In this document: in pieces, positions 37,556 to 40,360 of the stretch | Layout: every line of letters begins with the position of its first letter | Position numbering within the stretch: the stretch's first letter is position 1 | Assembly (NCBI GenBank): GCA_038214755.1 | Contig: JBBQRQ010000046.1 | Span: forward strand, 1-40,360 | Source: Verrucomicrobiota bacterium | GTDB taxonomy: Bacteria; Verrucomicrobiota; Verrucomicrobiia; Limisphaerales; CANJXF01 | Direction of reading: 5' to 3' | DNA length: 40,360 nt | The notes under the pieces: model-generated | The model's input: the letters and a program-made list of their open reading frames with translations, nothing else | Database searches by the model: none | Told to the model about the DNA's origin: nothing | Translations under genes and position numbers: made by a program

Positions 37556-40261
37556 TTATTTTTCGAAATTCTTTCGCATGTCTTCCAGCTTGTCCATTTC
37601 GGGCGAGTCGAGCAGTCCTTTCCAATTGAATCGGCGATCGAAGGGTTTGAACGCCAGGTCGGGATCGAACAATCGTTTGTCCACCGGGCGGATGTTGTAG
37701 GGAGTGAAATCGGGTTTGTCGGTAAAGAAATCCCGAGGCAGGGATGCTGTGGCGTCGTAATGGTTAAGCGGCGGAAGGTCAAGGAGCGTGAACATCATGC
37801 GCATGATGGAACCAAAACTCGCCAGGGTATGAGAAACATGGTTCTTTTTCACATGCGGACTAATCACCATCAGGATCGAGCGGTGTGCATCGACATGATC
37901 GCGGCCACCCTGCGCGTCGTCCTCTGTCACAATCACCAGCATGTTTTTCCAATAGGGCGTGCGCGATAATTTATGTATTACCCGTCCGAGCGCGAGATCA
38001 TTGTCGGCCACATAGGATTCTTTGAAAGGGTAACCATCGGCAGGATGTTCGCTGGCCATGTGGTCGTTCGGCAACACCATTGTAATGAGGCGGGGAAATG
38101 GTTCCTTACCGCTTTCCCATTTATCGCGGAACTCCTCCTCAAACATATCCACGCGGAACTGGTCAGGTATGGCCATGTTGAAGGTTGCGAATTTGCGGGA
38201 AGTATGATCGAACAACGGTTTGGGTAAAGGGAAGCTGACACCCATCTGCATACCGGTATATTTGTGCAATTGTTTTTCAATTGAAGCTGGCATCTCCGTG
38301 CCGAAACCGAAATTAAAGAACCGCACCTTGTTGCGCTCAAGATGTTCCCACATCGCACCCGCTTCATTGAAATCTTCCGGGTTCACCACTGCGCTGGCGC
38401 CATTGACATAACGCCGACCGGGCGCGCTGCTGAAAATATTTTCTTCGATGTGCGACTTGGCGTTGACCTCCACCCATTCGTTTGGATAGACACCGACAAT
38501 CCAGCGATGGCCGGTGTTGGACTGATCGGAGTCGCAATAGAAGTTATCGCTGATGGAAAATTGGTCAGCCAATGAGTGGTGGTTGGGGGAGACGTCCACG
38601 TTCGCGAGTTTCAATGTACCGTTCTTGTTCGCGAACGTCATTTTTTTTCCTATATCGGTAAGGGTAGGATCGCCATTCAAGTTGGGGCGCTGACCGAAGA
38701 CCTGATCAAACGTCCGGTTCTCTTTCACGATGAAAACAATGTGTTGAATGGGACTCTTGCGCAGGCGCGGCGCGGCGGGCAGGGGATTACGGCCATCATC
38801 AACCACTTCGCGGATGGCATAGGTATTGTCCACGACCTGTTGCGTGTAGGTTTTTAGTTGCCCGGCGTTCGGCACGGAAACAATCTGGAAAGTCCCTTGC
38901 ATGATGTCCCCCGAATAAGCCCCGCGTGCCGGGGTCACGAAGCCGCGCCCGCCATTCGGACCAGAACCAAGTCCCTTCGCGCTCGCGACGAAAAGCCGCT
39001 TGCCATCCTTTGCTACTTCGACGAAGGCACAAAACCAACCGGCAGGAATGTATCCTTCCAGCTTGCGTTTTTTTAAATCAACCACAGCCACGGCATTCAA
39101 ACCTGCGCAGGCCACATAAAGTTGCGTTTCATCGGGGCTAAGGCATAAACCGAAGGGCAACACACCGCGCAATTTTTCCAGGCGCGCTACCTTCAACTCG
39201 ATATGGCCAATAACTTCACCTGTATCTGGATCAATAATGGAGATGTCGTCGTTCGTGGCGTTGGAGACGTAAATGTATTTTTTGCCGACGACGAGCGAGC
39301 TTGGACTGGCTCCACCAATGGTTGTTATATCATCACGTTCCACTCCCACGAGATAACCCGTCTTGATTTTCTTTTCCACCTTGCCTGTGAGCAGGTTCAC
39401 TTTAAAAACCGACATGGCATCAGGATGGTTCGGACTACCGAGGCCGGGAATTTTTTTACCATCGATGACCACGCCTTCCTCAGCTTCCTTCGAAGGAACC
39501 CCATAGGCAGGAAACGACAGGCCGGCCGTGGTGCGGTTGGTTGGTGTAACTCCGGGTAGTAACGGATATTCATACATTCCTACATTGGAAACCCAGGCAT
39601 ACTGTCCGTCGCGCGAAAGGCAAATGCCGAACGGACTGCGTCCAACGCGAACGGACTGCACAACTTTCTTCAGGTTTAAGTCCACCGTCACCATCCGATA
39701 ATTGAATTGATCGATGGCATAGAGTTTTTTTCCATCAGCGCTTAACACAAAATCGCCAATGAAGCTGTCGGCAAAGCCCTTACCATTGATGGAGATTGAA
39801 TCCAGCACCGCGCATGTTTTAAAATCAACGATTTTTATAACCCCTTCATTCGCGCTGCCATAGTAAAGTAACTTGCCATCGGGCGACAACGCGCAACCCA
39901 TGTAAGTGCCAGTGCCCTCCTTGTCGGACGGTTCCTCACCGTAAGCGGGTATGCGTCGGCTGCTAATGGAGTTGGTCAAGGTCAGGATTTCCACGGCGTT
40001 GCGATTGACCAGCAAGGCGGTCGATTCGTCGGCGCTGATGGTCATCCCCCAATTGTAGGATTGGGTGCGAAAAAATTTTCCCGCCGGTTTGACCACTCGC
40101 CCATTGATCAGAACGGCACGGTCTTGCTGGATGGATGGGTAAGCATTGATGACCGGCGGCTGGAGAATCTCTACTTTTTTTTCGACCGCAATTGCCGAAC
40201 CGCCCAACCCGACTACTTGCATTAAAAGGTAGAGCGCGATGATGACGACAATTCTTTGCAT
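37556..40261 (-). CDS. Bifunctional YncE/YVTN beta-propeller plus phosphoesterase (PLC/acid phosphatase-like) protein
   Basis: Signal peptide; propeller blades (LSPDGK.LY, YVSNATND.ISIID, YVACAGLNAVAVVD); PIQHIVFIVKENRTFDQVFG, PNHH.LA, DNFY, LPNDH, VADNDLALG, EDDAQGG.DHVDAHRS. Confidence 0.9.
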   Translation of the reverse strand: MQRIVVIIALYLLMQVVGLGGSAIAVEKKVEILQPPVINAYPSIQQDRAVLINGRVVKPAGKFFRTQSYNWGMTISADESTALLVNRNAVEILTLTNSISSRRIPAYGEEPSDKEGTGTYMGCALSPDGKLLYYGSANEGVIKIVDFKTCAVLDSISINGKGFADSFIGDFVLSADGKKLYAIDQFNYRMVTVDLNLKKVVQSVRVGRSPFGICLSRDGQYAWVSNVGMYEYPLLPGVTPTNRTTAGLSFPAYGVPSKEAEEGVVIDGKKIPGLGSPNHPDAMSVFKVNLLTGKVEKKIKTGYLVGVERDDITTIGGASPSSLVVGKKYIYVSNATNDDISIIDPDTGEVIGHIELKVARLEKLRGVLPFGLCLSPDETQLYVACAGLNAVAVVDLKKRKLEGYIPAGWFCAFVEVAKDGKRLFVASAKGLGSGPNGGRGFVTPARGAYSGDIMQGTFQIVSVPNAGQLKTYTQQVVDNTYAIREVVDDGRNPLPAAPRLRKSPIQHIVFIVKENRTFDQVFGQRPNLNGDPTLTDIGKKMTFANKNGTLKLANVDVSPNHHSLADQFSISDNFYCDSDQSNTGHRWIVGVYPNEWVEVNAKSHIEENIFSSAPGRRYVNGASAVVNPEDFNEAGAMWEHLERNKVRFFNFGFGTEMPASIEKQLHKYTGMQMGVSFPLPKPLFDHTSRKFATFNMAIPDQFRVDMFEEEFRDKWESGKEPFPRLITMVLPNDHMASEHPADGYPFKESYVADNDLALGRVIHKLSRTPYWKNMLVIVTEDDAQGGRDHVDAHRSILMVISPHVKKNHVSHTLASFGSIMRMMFTLLDLPPLNHYDATASLPRDFFTDKPDFTPYNIRPVDKRLFDPDLAFKPFDRRFNWKGLLDSPEMDKLEDMRKNFEK

Positions 40262-40318
40262 AGATTATTTGATTTCGGAGGCGAACTCCTAATTCCCACG
40301 CCGTGTCGCTGGCAGGTA

Positions 40319-40360
40319 GGGGGGGGGGGGGGGGGGGGGGCGGGGGGGTGGCGGTGGGTA
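40319..40360. other. Poly-G tract at the window end, probable sequencing/assembly artefact
   Basis: Over 20 consecutive G followed by G-rich noise. Confidence 0.7.

Noticed and set aside
37534..37782. N-terminal extension of the phosphodiesterase ORF
   Set aside because: Overlaps the 3' end of the phosphoesterase gene in another frame
40319..40360. Poly-G as a G-quadruplex or phase-variation tract
   Set aside because: At the sequence end and degenerating into G-rich noise, typical of two-colour sequencing artefacts

Overview
40.4-kb bacterial window, most likely Verrucomicrobiota (Pedosphaera/Limisphaerales-like; inferred from PEP-CTERM, H-X9-DG prepilin, STK/ECF and REP-like repeat content). 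Left to right it holds: (1) a small TIR+TSD element, a sigma54 promoter, pilC and a sigma54 activator; (2) an alpha-2-macroglobulin remnant facing a ~850-bp-period array made of a choice-of-anchor L gene (split by one in-frame TAG), orphan L C-terminal fragments and PEP-CTERM genes; (3) GIY-YIG-like, amidase and prepilin genes; (4) fabG-acpP and fabF, separated by a 6.6-kb insert carrying a Ser/Thr kinase, a broken ECF 5' duplicate, MNT-HEPN, an intact ECF and Uma2; (5) an Ig-domain secreted protein and ThuA; (6) a tandemly duplicated module of a ~1000-aa secreted protein plus an H-X9-DG pilin, followed by a third pilin and a lipoprotein; (7) a truncated histidine kinase, a NarL-type regulator and a ROK protein; (8) a phosphoesterase/phosphodiesterase/GlpT-like MFS operon with a palindromic repeat inserted in frame. 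The window ends in a poly-G run that is probably an artefact. No rRNA, tRNA, CRISPR array, transposase or integrase was recognised. The best candidates for an undescribed system are the L/R cassette array (3954-6913) and the cargo+pilin modules (22974-32001). All family calls come from motif recognition by eye, not database searches.
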